55,042 nucleotides of DNA from Sodaliphilus sp. (GTDB lineage Bacteria > Bacteroidota > Bacteroidia > Bacteroidales > Muribaculaceae), in the NCBI GenBank assembly GCA_045628365.1, contig JAZQPG010000162.1:1-55042 (forward strand), read 5' to 3'. The notes beneath the pieces were generated by a model that worked only from the letters and a program-made list of their open reading frames with translations, was not told the origin of the DNA and ran no database searches. Shown here piece after piece: positions 1 to 8,547 of this stretch. A program made the position numbers and the translations under genes. Numbering within the stretch: the stretch's first letter is position 1; each line of letters begins with the position of its first letter.

Positions 1-4
1 CTTC

Positions 5-685
5 ATGCTCCAGGGCCTCGACGTGGAGAGCAACACCCTGTCCCAACCACTGCAGGACACCTGCCTGAAGGTGATTCACGACGACCAGTGGCTCACCGTG
101 GTTGACAAGCCAAGCGGCATGCTGAGCGTACCAGGGAAAGAACTCGAAGACTCGGTTTACACCCGCTACCGCCAACAGTTCCCCGAGGCAACGGGTCCCA
201 TCGTGGTTCACCGCCTCGATCAGGAGACCTCGGGCCTGCTCATACTGGCCAAAGACAAAGACACGCACAAGGCGCTGCAGCAGCAGTTTGCTGACCATTC
301 CATCACCAAGCGATATATCGCCCTGCTCGACGGTGAAGTGTCTAAGGACGAAGGGGTTATCGACCTGGCACTGAGACCCGACGTTAACGACCGACCGCGC
401 CAAATGGTTGACTCCGAGCATGGCAAACCGGCCACGACCCGCTACCGCGTCCTGGAGCGCCGTGGCGGCAGCACACTCGTGGAGTTCTTCCCGCTCACCG
501 GCCGCACCCACCAGTTGCGCGTCCACTCCTCACACCCCCAAGGACTTAACACCCCCATTCATGGCGACCGCCTCTACGGCACCGCCTCCACACGCCTCAT
601 GCTCCATGCCCAGCGCATCACCTTCACACATCCCGCCACCGGCCAAACACTCAGCCTACAATCCCCCGCGCCATTTATTGGTTAA
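5..685 (+). CDS. RluA-family RNA pseudouridine synthase (probably 5'-truncated by window edge)
   Basis: Motifs VDKPSGMLSVPG, HRLDQETSG (catalytic Asp), GRTHQLRVH, LMLHA. The frame is open to the window start. Confidence 0.9.
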   Translation: MLQGLDVESNTLSQPLQDTCLKVIHDDQWLTVVDKPSGMLSVPGKELEDSVYTRYRQQFPEATGPIVVHRLDQETSGLLILAKDKDTHKALQQQFADHSITKRYIALLDGEVSKDEGVIDLALRPDVNDRPRQMVDSEHGKPATTRYRVLERRGGSTLVEFFPLTGRTHQLRVHSSHPQGLNTPIHGDRLYGTASTRLMLHAQRITFTHPATGQTLSLQSPAPFIG

Positions 686-776
686 CCATGGTGCCAGGGA
701 TTGACGGGCCCAACACTTTATTTTGTTTTTCTTAATTTTTGTCCACATTTATATTACAAATTTGATAGAAATTACC

Positions 777-784
777 TATCTTTG
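777..784 (+). promoter_or_regulatory. Bacteroidetes sigma-A -7 element (TATCTTTG)
   Basis: Matches TAnnTTTG in an AT-rich intergenic region, 33 nt before the ATG at 818. Confidence 0.65.
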
Positions 785-817
785 CAACACAATCCAACCA
801 TAACATTATTTTTTATT

Positions 818-3800
818 ATGAAAAAATTTACAGCTTTTCGCAACCTGACGCTTGCTGCAGTGGCTCTTATGGGTCTTAACGCAACAGCACAACAGGGCAA
901 GCCCCACAGCGTTACGGCAACAGCCAACCTGTCTGACGTAACAGTGTCATGGAAGGCTCCTGCATCGCCCATCACGCTCCAGTGGCACGATGGAAGTAGT
1001 TACAACGGCATGGACGGTAAGGCCTTCACCCCCGGGTCTACCCATGTAATCTATGGCGCCAACAAGTTCACCCCTGCCGATCTCGCTGCAGTTGCCGGCC
1101 AGCAGGTAAAGTCTATCTCATTCTTTGACTATCGCCATTGCTACAAGGTGAATGTCCAGGTCTATGAGAACAAGAAACTCGTTGTCGACAAAGCTGCCGA
1201 CCTGAGCACCTACACCAAGAACACAATGAAGGAAGTTGTCCTCGACGAACCCTACACCATTCCCGCCGATAAGGAAGTGATGTTCGTGGCACGCTATGAG
1301 TACAGCCCCATTGAAGCACTCACCGCTTCGACCGACCGCTACCCCACTCCCGGCAAGGGCGACATCTACTCCTATGACGGAAAAACATGGTACCAGGGTG
1401 CTGTGGGTGACTTCATGATCACCGCCAACCTGGTTAACGATTTCAGCGACGAGCCCATGGGCTACAACGTGTATCGTGAAAACGAGAAGGTCAACACCGA
1501 GCTCCTCACCGGTACCACTGTGACACTCAACAACGAGCCCGCAGGCTCTCACACCTACAGCGTTGCTGCCGTGTATGCCAGCGGCGAGGTGGGAAGCGCC
1601 GGCGTGACTGCCCGTGTTTACAATCCCGCTACTATGCTCGCACCTGCCGCTACTTTCAGCGGTGTGGCTTCAGAGCTCAACGGTCTCCTCAGCTGGCAGG
1701 CTCCCCTCAAGGGTGGTAACACTCTCACTTGGAGTGGCGACGTTGCTGGCCTGAGCATCGGCGGTACTGCTGCTAGCAACACCAAGGTGTGGATTAAGCA
1801 AGAGTTCACTGCCAACGACATGCTGGCATTCCAGAACTATCAGATCAACAGCATCAGCGCTTATGTTAACGAGAACACTATCACTGCTGTTACTCTGTTC
1901 GTGATCAAGGACGGCGTTGTTGTTTACAACCAGCCTGTTACCGACCTCGCTATCCAGGCTCCCGCATGGAACACTTGGGACCTTACTACTCCCTATGTGA
2001 TGGAGCCCGGTCATACTTACGCATTTGGTTGCTACTATCTGCACGCAAGCACTACTCACCCCGTGGGTGTTGACAACACAGCTGCTGTGGATGTTAAGGG
2101 TAACAGTTTCTCAACTTCATCACCCAGCTCTACATTCAACAACTCTAAGCCCACATGGAAGACCCTTGCATCGGGCAACATCGCTGGTAACCTCATGCTC
2201 AAGGCTGCTGTTTCTCCCGTAGGCGAGGCAACCGCTGTGGCTGAGCCCACTGGTTACGACCTGCTGCGCAACGGCGAACTCGTGGTGTCTAACACACAGG
2301 AGACAACCTTTGCCGACGAGGTGGCTGAGCCCGGTCTCTATGAGTACACACTGGTAACTAAGTATGACGGCAAGGACGCTCCCGCGAGCACAACCACCCT
2401 CAAGTATACCATGCCCGCCGACTTCGTGGCTCCCATCATCACCGATGCAACATTTGACGAGGAAACCAAGAAGGTTGACATCGCTTGGAGCGCAACCGCA
2501 GCCGAGCTCAAGAAGTTTGGCACCGCCTCTTACATGGTAGGCTTCGACGAGGACATGAGCATGCTCTACGGCGCTAAGTTCACTGCAGCAGAGCTCGCTC
2601 CCTACGCAGGCTACAAGCTCAACAAGCTGCAGTTTGCCATTGGCGAGGCTATCCCCTTCAAGCTCGAGGTTCGCACAAGTGCTAACGAGGTGCTCTTCTC
2701 TTATGACTTCCCCCAGGGTTCAATTGAGCCCCTCTCACTCTACACCATGACTCTCGAGAGCAACGTGGTTATCCCCGAGGGCAAGGACCTCTACCTGTGC
2801 TACAACATGACTGCAGCCGGCGGCACCGATCCCATCCTTCTCGATGCAGGTCCCGTGGTTGACGGCGGCGCGATGATCAGCCTAGCCGATGGCGCAAGCT
2901 GGATGAAGCTGGGTACCATCAACAGCACTTACAACAACTACAACATCGTTATCGGTGCTACTGCACTGCCCGCTGGCAGCAACGCTCCCAAGCAGGAGAT
3001 CACCCTGGGCACCGAGTTCAGCGAGAACATGGAGAGCATCAGCATCAGCGCTACCGAGGCTCGCGAGGCTGCCGCTAACGGCCTGGGCGTAGAGTCTAAC
3101 GTAGAGGTCAGCACTCCCGCTAAGGCTGCCAAGGTTGCTCCCAAGCCCGTGGCTAAGTCATTCAAGGTGCTCCGCAACAACGAGATAGTAGCCACTACCG
3201 AGGGCAACACATTCAGCGAGACACTCAACGAGTATGGCACGTTCAACTACAATGTTGTAACAGTATTTGAGAACGGTTGGGAATCACCCAAGAGCAAGAC
3301 TGTCACCGCCAAGAACTTCATCGGCCAGAACGCCCCCGCTCCCTTCGACCTGCGTGGCGAAGCCGACGAAGCCGGTACTCTCGCTCTCACTTGGGACGCT
3401 CCCGGTCAGGTTCAGGAGTTCACTTACCAGAAGGACTACAGCAGCGACCTCAAGTCGGGCATGACAGGTTCGGGTACTCGCGAGGGTTACCACATCATCC
3501 GCTTCAGCATGGATACTCTGCAGAACTTCATCGGTCAGAAGATCACTCACATCAAGTTCAAGATTTCAGAGGCTGTGACCACTGCTGGTGTTGCAATCAC
3601 CGTGGGTGAGAACATCATCTACGAGCAGCCCATCGACGCTGCCGACATCAACGTTGGCTGGAACGTAGTCCGCCTTAACACACCCTTCGTGATCACTGCC
3701 GACCTCGAGCAGGAACTCGGTGTAGGTTACCACCTCACTTATCCCAACGGTGTTAAGCCCTTCACCCTTGATCCTACTCCCGCTATTCCTTACTACAACG

Positions 3801-4258
3801 ACATCATCACTTCGTCGGGTTCTTATGGCTACTGGTACTCACTCGCTGAGAAGTACAAACTCAACTACGGTTACCGCATCAGCGCTATCCTCCAGAAGGA
3901 AGATACCCAGGCAGCCCGCAAGGTAGCCCGCAAGGAAGATGGCACTACTTACAACGTATATTGCAATGGCGAGCTCGTGGCAAGCGAGGTTGCAGCGACA
4001 GCATATGACGTGGTAGGTGCTGCTTATGGCGACTACACCGTGACCGCTGTCAAGGACGGTGCCGAGTCAGCTCCCTCTAACGTTGTGACTTACAGCAGCG
4101 TTACCGCGGTTAACGACCTGAACACCCTCAAGGCTATCAGCAGCGTGCGCTACTACAACGCAGCCGGTATCGAGAGCCCTGTTCCCGTGGCAGGATTCAA
4201 CCTCCAGGTTGTAACCTACAAGGACGGCAGCAAGGCAACCATCAAGATGGTGAAGTAA
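818..4258 (+). CDS. Large secreted/surface protein with four repeated FN3-like plus beta-sandwich modules and a T9SS-CTD-like C-terminus
   Basis: Start reassigned to ATG 818 (MKKFTAFRNLTLAAVALMGLNATA, Sec signal). Repeated (V/L)xWxAP...GYNVYR...Y.VxAVY motifs. C-terminus SVRYYNAAG...DGSKATIKMVK. Confidence 0.8.
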   Translation: MKKFTAFRNLTLAAVALMGLNATAQQGKPHSVTATANLSDVTVSWKAPASPITLQWHDGSSYNGMDGKAFTPGSTHVIYGANKFTPADLAAVAGQQVKSISFFDYRHCYKVNVQVYENKKLVVDKAADLSTYTKNTMKEVVLDEPYTIPADKEVMFVARYEYSPIEALTASTDRYPTPGKGDIYSYDGKTWYQGAVGDFMITANLVNDFSDEPMGYNVYRENEKVNTELLTGTTVTLNNEPAGSHTYSVAAVYASGEVGSAGVTARVYNPATMLAPAATFSGVASELNGLLSWQAPLKGGNTLTWSGDVAGLSIGGTAASNTKVWIKQEFTANDMLAFQNYQINSISAYVNENTITAVTLFVIKDGVVVYNQPVTDLAIQAPAWNTWDLTTPYVMEPGHTYAFGCYYLHASTTHPVGVDNTAAVDVKGNSFSTSSPSSTFNNSKPTWKTLASGNIAGNLMLKAAVSPVGEATAVAEPTGYDLLRNGELVVSNTQETTFADEVAEPGLYEYTLVTKYDGKDAPASTTTLKYTMPADFVAPIITDATFDEETKKVDIAWSATAAELKKFGTASYMVGFDEDMSMLYGAKFTAAELAPYAGYKLNKLQFAIGEAIPFKLEVRTSANEVLFSYDFPQGSIEPLSLYTMTLESNVVIPEGKDLYLCYNMTAAGGTDPILLDAGPVVDGGAMISLADGASWMKLGTINSTYNNYNIVIGATALPAGSNAPKQEITLGTEFSENMESISISATEAREAAANGLGVESNVEVSTPAKAAKVAPKPVAKSFKVLRNNEIVATTEGNTFSETLNEYGTFNYNVVTVFENGWESPKSKTVTAKNFIGQNAPAPFDLRGEADEAGTLALTWDAPGQVQEFTYQKDYSSDLKSGMTGSGTREGYHIIRFSMDTLQNFIGQKITHIKFKISEAVTTAGVAITVGENIIYEQPIDAADINVGWNVVRLNTPFVITADLEQELGVGYHLTYPNGVKPFTLDPTPAIPYYNDIITSSGSYGYWYSLAEKYKLNYGYRISAILQKEDTQAARKVARKEDGTTYNVYCNGELVASEVAATAYDVVGAAYGDYTVTAVKDGAESAPSNVVTYSSVTAVNDLNTLKAISSVRYYNAAGIESPVPVAGFNLQVVTYKDGSKATIKMVK

Positions 4259-4281
4259 CATAGACAAACCCATAGCACAAT

Positions 4282-4317
4282 AAAAATGGGGCCTCACATG
4301 GTTGAGGTCCCGTTTTT
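4282..4317 (+). terminator. Intrinsic terminator hairpin; copy 1 of a 32-bp direct repeat
   Basis: AAAAATGGGGCCTCA-CATGGT-TGAGGTCCCGTTTTT with A and T tracts. 4286-4317 is identical to 5370-5401. Confidence 0.8.
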
Positions 4318-4397
4318 ATTGTTATAGGACAGAATGGGTCATAAAAAATAAATTCAATATAATTGATATTTTTGCCTGTTATCAACGATAAAAATAT

Positions 4398-4405
4398 TAT
4401 CTTTG
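4398..4405 (+). promoter_or_regulatory. Bacteroidetes -7 element (TATCTTTG) for the three-gene cassette
   Basis: TAnnTTTG 25 nt before the ATG at 4431; TTTG at 4371-4374. Confidence 0.6.
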
Positions 4406-4430
4406 CAGTGCGTTGTTTAATATTTCATGT

Positions 4431-4649
4431 ATGAGCAAGCAAGAACTGGACAAATCATATTTCGTTGTTTTTTGTATTGAGCAGTATAAGAAGCACCGTG
4501 GCATTGACGGCACCGATGCTGCAGAATTGCTGTTCTCAACAGGTATCGCCGACTATCTCAACGAAAACTATGAAGTGTTGCACACCCAGAGCCGGCAATG
4601 GCTAATGGAAGAGATTGACGACAGATTAAAACAACTACAGATGGCATGA
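4431..4649 (+). CDS. DUF3791-like small protein (putative antitoxin/regulator)
   Basis: FVVFCIEQY...ADYLNENYEVLHTQSRQWLMEEI resembles DUF3791. ATG 4431 preferred. ATGA overlap with the next gene. Confidence 0.7.
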   Translation: MSKQELDKSYFVVFCIEQYKKHRGIDGTDAAELLFSTGIADYLNENYEVLHTQSRQWLMEEIDDRLKQLQMA

Positions 4650-5149
4650 GCAATATAAACGTTTATCATGGTAGTTTGGAGCAAGTTGCAACTCCTGAAA
4701 TTCGTAAACCTGATCGTACCTTAGATTATGGTTGTGGTTTTTACACGACTACAAGTTATAAACAGGCCGAGGAATGGGTGAAACGCCATAGCAAAGACAT
4801 AAATAAGCCTCAATGCGGATATGTCAATATTTACGAGGTGAATGTAGACGATATCAAAACGGGTAATTGTTTGTGGTTTGACGCGGCGACCGAGGAATGG
4901 GTGGACTTTGTGTATGCCAATCGCAATAAACGGCACTTTTCCCATTCTTACGACTTCGTATATGGGCCGGTTGCCGATGATAAAGTGTATGCCGCATTTA
5001 CTCTCTATGAGGAAGGGCTACTAGATAAACAAGAACTCATACGTGAACTCAAGACTTATAAACTGGTTGACCAGCTGTTGTTCCACACTGCCAAGTCACT
5101 GCAAGCGATTAAGTTTATTGAAGCAAAGGAGGTTAAGTTATGTATTTAG
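4646..5149 (+). CDS. DUF3990 protein (predicted ADP-ribosyltransferase-like fold)
   Basis: VYHGS, LDYGCGFYTT, EWVDFVYANR, YDFVYGPVADD and DQLLFHT are typical DUF3990 motifs. Confidence 0.8.
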   Translation: MSNINVYHGSLEQVATPEIRKPDRTLDYGCGFYTTTSYKQAEEWVKRHSKDINKPQCGYVNIYEVNVDDIKTGNCLWFDAATEEWVDFVYANRNKRHFSHSYDFVYGPVADDKVYAAFTLYEEGLLDKQELIRELKTYKLVDQLLFHTAKSLQAIKFIEAKEVKLCI

Positions 5150-5346
5150 AAATCACGCAAGCCAATCTTCACTTGTTGTTGCCTGGAAAGGTGACAGCTC
5201 TAGCGCGTTTTTATGCCGAAGATCACAATTGTACAATGCTTGAAGCTATCAGGTATATCTATTCAACACCGCTATATAAACAGCTGAGTATAGAAAGTAC
5301 CAAATTGTGGCATCAGGGAACTGTTACCCTCTATGAACAATTGTAA
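5140..5346 (+). CDS. Small DUF3791-like protein
   Basis: EAIRYIYSTPLYKQLSIESTKLWHQG resembles the small partner usually found next to DUF3990. Overlaps the previous stop. Confidence 0.65.
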   Translation: MYLEITQANLHLLLPGKVTALARFYAEDHNCTMLEAIRYIYSTPLYKQLSIESTKLWHQGTVTLYEQL

Positions 5347-5363
5347 ATCCCTACTATAACACA

Positions 5364-5404
5364 AAAAAGATGGGGCCTCACATGGTTGAGGTCCCGTTTT
5401 TTTT
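5364..5404. terminator. Bidirectional terminator hairpin; copy 2 of the 32-bp direct repeat
   Basis: ATGGGGCCTCACATGGTTGAGGTCCCGTTTTT at 5370-5401, A-tract before and T-tract after, between convergent genes. Confidence 0.8.
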
Positions 5405-5418
5405 CATATCATTGCTGT

Positions 5419-5487
5419 TGGGGGTTCCGGGGGTTCCGGTAAAGCCGGGATATCCGGTGGAGCCGGTGGTTCCGGTGGTTCTGGGGG
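5419..5487. repeat. Degenerate ~9-bp tandem array with CCGG core
   Basis: ggttccggg ggttccggt aaagccggg atatccggt ggagccggt ggttccggt; ends at the miaA stop codon. Confidence 0.8.
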
Positions 5488-6378
5488 TTATAGTAGTGCG
5501 AGGATTTGCTCGGTGGCTCCGTCGGGGTTCAGCCAGGTGATTTCGGGGTCGCGCGCCAGCCACGTGAGCTGCTTCTTGGCATAGACGCGGGTGTTCTTCT
5601 TGATGCGCTCACGGGCTGTCTCCAGGTCCATGGTGCCGTCAAAGTGGGCAAACATCTCTTTCATACCCACCGTGTTGAGCGAGTTGAGGTGCCGCAGGTG
5701 GTGCACGCTGCGCGCTTCCTCCACGAGGCCCTGCTCCATCATCAGGTCTACACGCCGGTTGATGCGGTCAAACAGAGCGGGCCGCTCCATGTTGAGCCCC
5801 ACCTTGATGATGTTGAACGGGCGTTGCTTCACCTGACCGGTACGCAGGCTGGAATAAGTGACTCCCGTCTGGCGGCACACCTCGATGGCATGTATCACAC
5901 GGCGGGGATTGCACTTGTCCACCTGGGCATAGTATTCAGGATCGAGTTTTTCAAGTTCGGCAAGCAGCGGTTCCAAGCCCGTGGTGTTGTACTCCTCGAG
6001 CACCTGGGCACGAAGGGTGGCCGAGATGTCGGGGATGTTATCGATGCCACGGCACACCGCGTCGACATACATCATCGACCCGCCGCTCATCACAACGTAG
6101 TCGCCACGCCGCCACAGGGAAGGCAGCAGCGCCATCACGTCGGCCTCATACTGGGCGGCGCTGTAATACTCGTCGAGCTCACGGAACTCCACGAAGTGAT
6201 GCCGCACCAGCGCCTGCTCCTGGGCCGTGGGGGCAGCAGTGCAGATGGGGATGTGGCGGAATATCTGGCGTGAGTCGGCGTTGACAATGTCACAGCCCAG
6301 CGCACGTGCCACCTCGATGGCAACACGCGTCTTGCCCACTGCCGTGGGCCCTGTAATCACTATGAGAGTCTTCGCCAT
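5488..6378 (-). CDS. miaA: tRNA dimethylallyltransferase
   Basis: GPTAVGKT P-loop, NADSRQ, GGSMMY, NPRRVIHAIE, TRVYAKKQLTW. Confidence 0.95.
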   Translation of the reverse strand: MAKTLIVITGPTAVGKTRVAIEVARALGCDIVNADSRQIFRHIPICTAAPTAQEQALVRHHFVEFRELDEYYSAAQYEADVMALLPSLWRRGDYVVMSGGSMMYVDAVCRGIDNIPDISATLRAQVLEEYNTTGLEPLLAELEKLDPEYYAQVDKCNPRRVIHAIEVCRQTGVTYSSLRTGQVKQRPFNIIKVGLNMERPALFDRINRRVDLMMEQGLVEEARSVHHLRHLNSLNTVGMKEMFAHFDGTMDLETARERIKKNTRVYAKKQLTWLARDPEITWLNPDGATEQILALL

Positions 6379-6391
6379 AGTTATTTACTTA

Positions 6392-6476
6392 AACTACAGA
6401 TTACGCTGAAATTGCACAGATTTTTTTCTGGCGAAGCGCCCAAGGGAAAATAGTGTAATCTGCGTAAATTGTAGTT
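6392..6476. repeat. Imperfect inverted repeat (MITE-like or long hairpin)
   Basis: aactaca..ttacgc..attgcac pairs with gtgtaat..gcgtaa..tgtagtt; central GCGAAGC. Confidence 0.6.
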
Positions 6477-6493
6477 CAGGAATCTAATTCTGT

Positions 6494-7069
6494 TTATGCG
6501 AGTTTTATCTCGCAGTTGTCGAGCGATGTCACTTGCACGAGGCTCTCCACGTGGTAGCCTTGCTCGCGCAGGATATTACCGCCGTTCTGGAATATCTTCT
6601 CAATCACAAAGCCCAGGCCCTGCACCTGCGCGCCTGCTTGCCCTACGAGGTTAATCAAGCCCTGCGCAGCGTTGCCAAAGGCCAGGAAGTCATCGATGAT
6701 GATCACGCGGTCATCGGCCGAGAGGAACTCACGGCTCACGCTCACCGTGTAGTCACGGTCCTTGGTGAACGAGTGGACATTGGTCATCAGGGCACTGCCC
6801 ATCGTTGAAGGCTTCTTTTTCTTGACATAGACTACCGGCAGGTTCATCGCCAGGCCGGTGGTGATGGCGGGCGCTATGCCGCTGGCCTCGATGGTGAGGA
6901 TCTTGTTTGCACCGCTGTCCTTGAACAGCTGGGCTAAGTGCTGGCCTATCGCCATCATCAACTGCGGGTCCATCTGGTGGTTGATGAATCCGTCTACCTT
7001 GAGTATACCGCCGGGCAGGCATTTGCCGTCGCGAAGCACGCGTTCTTTGAGTACTGTGAGTTCTGCCAT
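6494..7069 (-). CDS. xpt: Xanthine phosphoribosyltransferase
   Basis: [38 protein letters not shown] (PRPP-binding), IEK.FQ.G. Confidence 0.93.
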   Translation of the reverse strand: MAELTVLKERVLRDGKCLPGGILKVDGFINHQMDPQLMMAIGQHLAQLFKDSGANKILTIEASGIAPAITTGLAMNLPVVYVKKKKPSTMGSALMTNVHSFTKDRDYTVSVSREFLSADDRVIIIDDFLAFGNAAQGLINLVGQAGAQVQGLGFVIEKIFQNGGNILREQGYHVESLVQVTSLDNCEIKLA

Positions 7070-7091
7070 TGTGATTGTTGTTATTTTCTTG

Positions 7092-7099
7092 CAAAGATA
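7092..7099 (-). promoter_or_regulatory. -7 element for xpt (TATCTTTG on minus strand)
   Basis: caaagata on +, 22 nt upstream of the xpt ATG. Confidence 0.6.
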
Positions 7100-7163
7100 G
7101 TTAATTTAGATGTTATGTGCTCAACTTTTCGGGTAATAATTGCATATTTCGGCAAAAGTTAGT

Positions 7164-7171
7164 TATCTTTG
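7164..7171 (+). promoter_or_regulatory. -7 element for the esterase operon; implies a near-leaderless mRNA
   Basis: TATCTTTG ends 4 nt before ATG 7176. Confidence 0.6.
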
Positions 7172-7175
7172 CGTT

Positions 7176-8459
7176 ATGAAACAGATATTGACGATACTCT
7201 CACTGCTTATTGCAGTCGTGGCCGCCGCACAGTCGTCGAGCCACAAGTATATAACCGTTGTTGCCGAGCCCAACCACGAGGACTGGTGCTACAAGGTGGG
7301 CGAGCAGGCCACCATCACGGCCTATGCCATCAAGGAAAACGTGCGCATGAAGGACGTGGAGATCACCTATAGCTATGGCCCTGAGAAACTTGATGCCACC
7401 CACACCGGCACGGTGAAGACCGGCAAGGACGGCACGGCAACGTTCAAGGTGCCGGGTATGAAAGCACCCGGATTCCAGACGGTTCGCGTCAAGGTCAACT
7501 ATGAGGACCACGAGTACTCGTCGACCACCAACCTGGGCTACGACCCCTACAGTATCCAGCCCACGACCACCATGCCCGACGACTTCAACGAGTTCTGGGA
7601 CAACGCCATGGCCAAGGCGGCACAGGTGCCCATGGAGGTTACCATCAACCGCAACGAGAGCGAGAGCACCGCTACCATCGACGTGTACTACCTGCGCGTG
7701 CAGAGCTACCGCAAGGGCAACTACATCCACGGCGTGCTCAGTGTCCCCAAGACTCCCGGCCGCAAGCCTGCCATCCTGCGCCTGCCTGGCGCTGCGGTGC
7801 GCACCTTCCACGGCCCCAGCGACCTCGCCAGCGAGGGATTTGTGGTGCTCGAGATTGGCGTCCATGGCATTCCCGTGGACCAGGATCCCGAGATCTACCG
7901 CCAGCTCGAGACCGGAGCACTGGCCGGATACACCCAGCAGGGCATTGACAACCGCGACACTTACTACTACAAGCGCTCCATCCTGGGCTGCGTGCGTGCC
8001 ATCGACTACCTGTGCTCGCGCGACGACGTGGATCCCGAGCGCATCGCCACCTATGGTGGCAGCCAGGGCGGCATGCTCTCCATCATGACCGCGTCGCTCG
8101 ACAAGCGCGTCAAGTGCCTGTTTGCCTACTTCCCCGCCTTCTGCGAACTGGGCGGCTACTACAATGGCCGCGCAGGTGGCTGGCCACACATGTTCCGCAA
8201 CCCTAACGAGCCCAACATCAAGGCCCGCCTCGAGGTTGCGCGCTACTATGACACCGTCAACTTTGCCCGCCGTCTCCAGGCACCGGGCTTCTATGCCTGG
8301 GGATTCAACGACCCCGTGTGCTGCCCCACGTCTACCTTCAGCGCTTACAACGTGATCACTGCTCCCAAGCAGCTGCACGTGGGCCGCGACACCGGCCACT
8401 GGCTCTATTCGTGGCAAAGCGAGATGGCCATGGCATGGCTCAAGAGCCAGTTATTTTAG
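7176..8459 (+). CDS. Acetyl xylan esterase / cephalosporin-C deacetylase (CE7-like), secreted
   Basis: Start at ATG 7176 (MKQILTILSLLIAVVAAA). PDDFNEFW, GGSQGG nucleophile elbow, D..CCP..TFSAYN, TGH. Confidence 0.88.
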   Translation: MKQILTILSLLIAVVAAAQSSSHKYITVVAEPNHEDWCYKVGEQATITAYAIKENVRMKDVEITYSYGPEKLDATHTGTVKTGKDGTATFKVPGMKAPGFQTVRVKVNYEDHEYSSTTNLGYDPYSIQPTTTMPDDFNEFWDNAMAKAAQVPMEVTINRNESESTATIDVYYLRVQSYRKGNYIHGVLSVPKTPGRKPAILRLPGAAVRTFHGPSDLASEGFVVLEIGVHGIPVDQDPEIYRQLETGALAGYTQQGIDNRDTYYYKRSILGCVRAIDYLCSRDDVDPERIATYGGSQGGMLSIMTASLDKRVKCLFAYFPAFCELGGYYNGRAGGWPHMFRNPNEPNIKARLEVARYYDTVNFARRLQAPGFYAWGFNDPVCCPTSTFSAYNVITAPKQLHVGRDTGHWLYSWQSEMAMAWLKSQLF

Positions 8460-8547
8460 TAAAAGTTTAAAAGTTTAAGGGTTTAAAAGTTTAACGCCTT
8501 ATCTGTTAACCTGTTAACCCCTTAACCCTTTATCCCCTTAACCCTTT
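8460..8547. repeat. 8-bp TTAA-core tandem arrays in two orientations filling the whole intergenic space
   Basis: aaaagttt/aagggttt units, then ttaacctg/ttaacccc/ttaaccct units, running from stop codon to start codon. Confidence 0.75.

Noticed and set aside
701-817. N-terminal extension of the 1185-aa ORF from a TTG at 701
   Set aside because: The region is AT-rich intergenic DNA containing a promoter; the signal peptide begins at ATG 818. The same reasoning applies to the 4413 and 7140 starts.
5506-8417. Long antisense ORFs (5506..6273, 7200..8417), and likewise 18206..19096, 23909..24748, 29674..30501, 46834..47652, 51051..52091, 52119..53519
   Set aside because: Shadow frames of well-supported genes, expected with high GC3; no motifs of their own.
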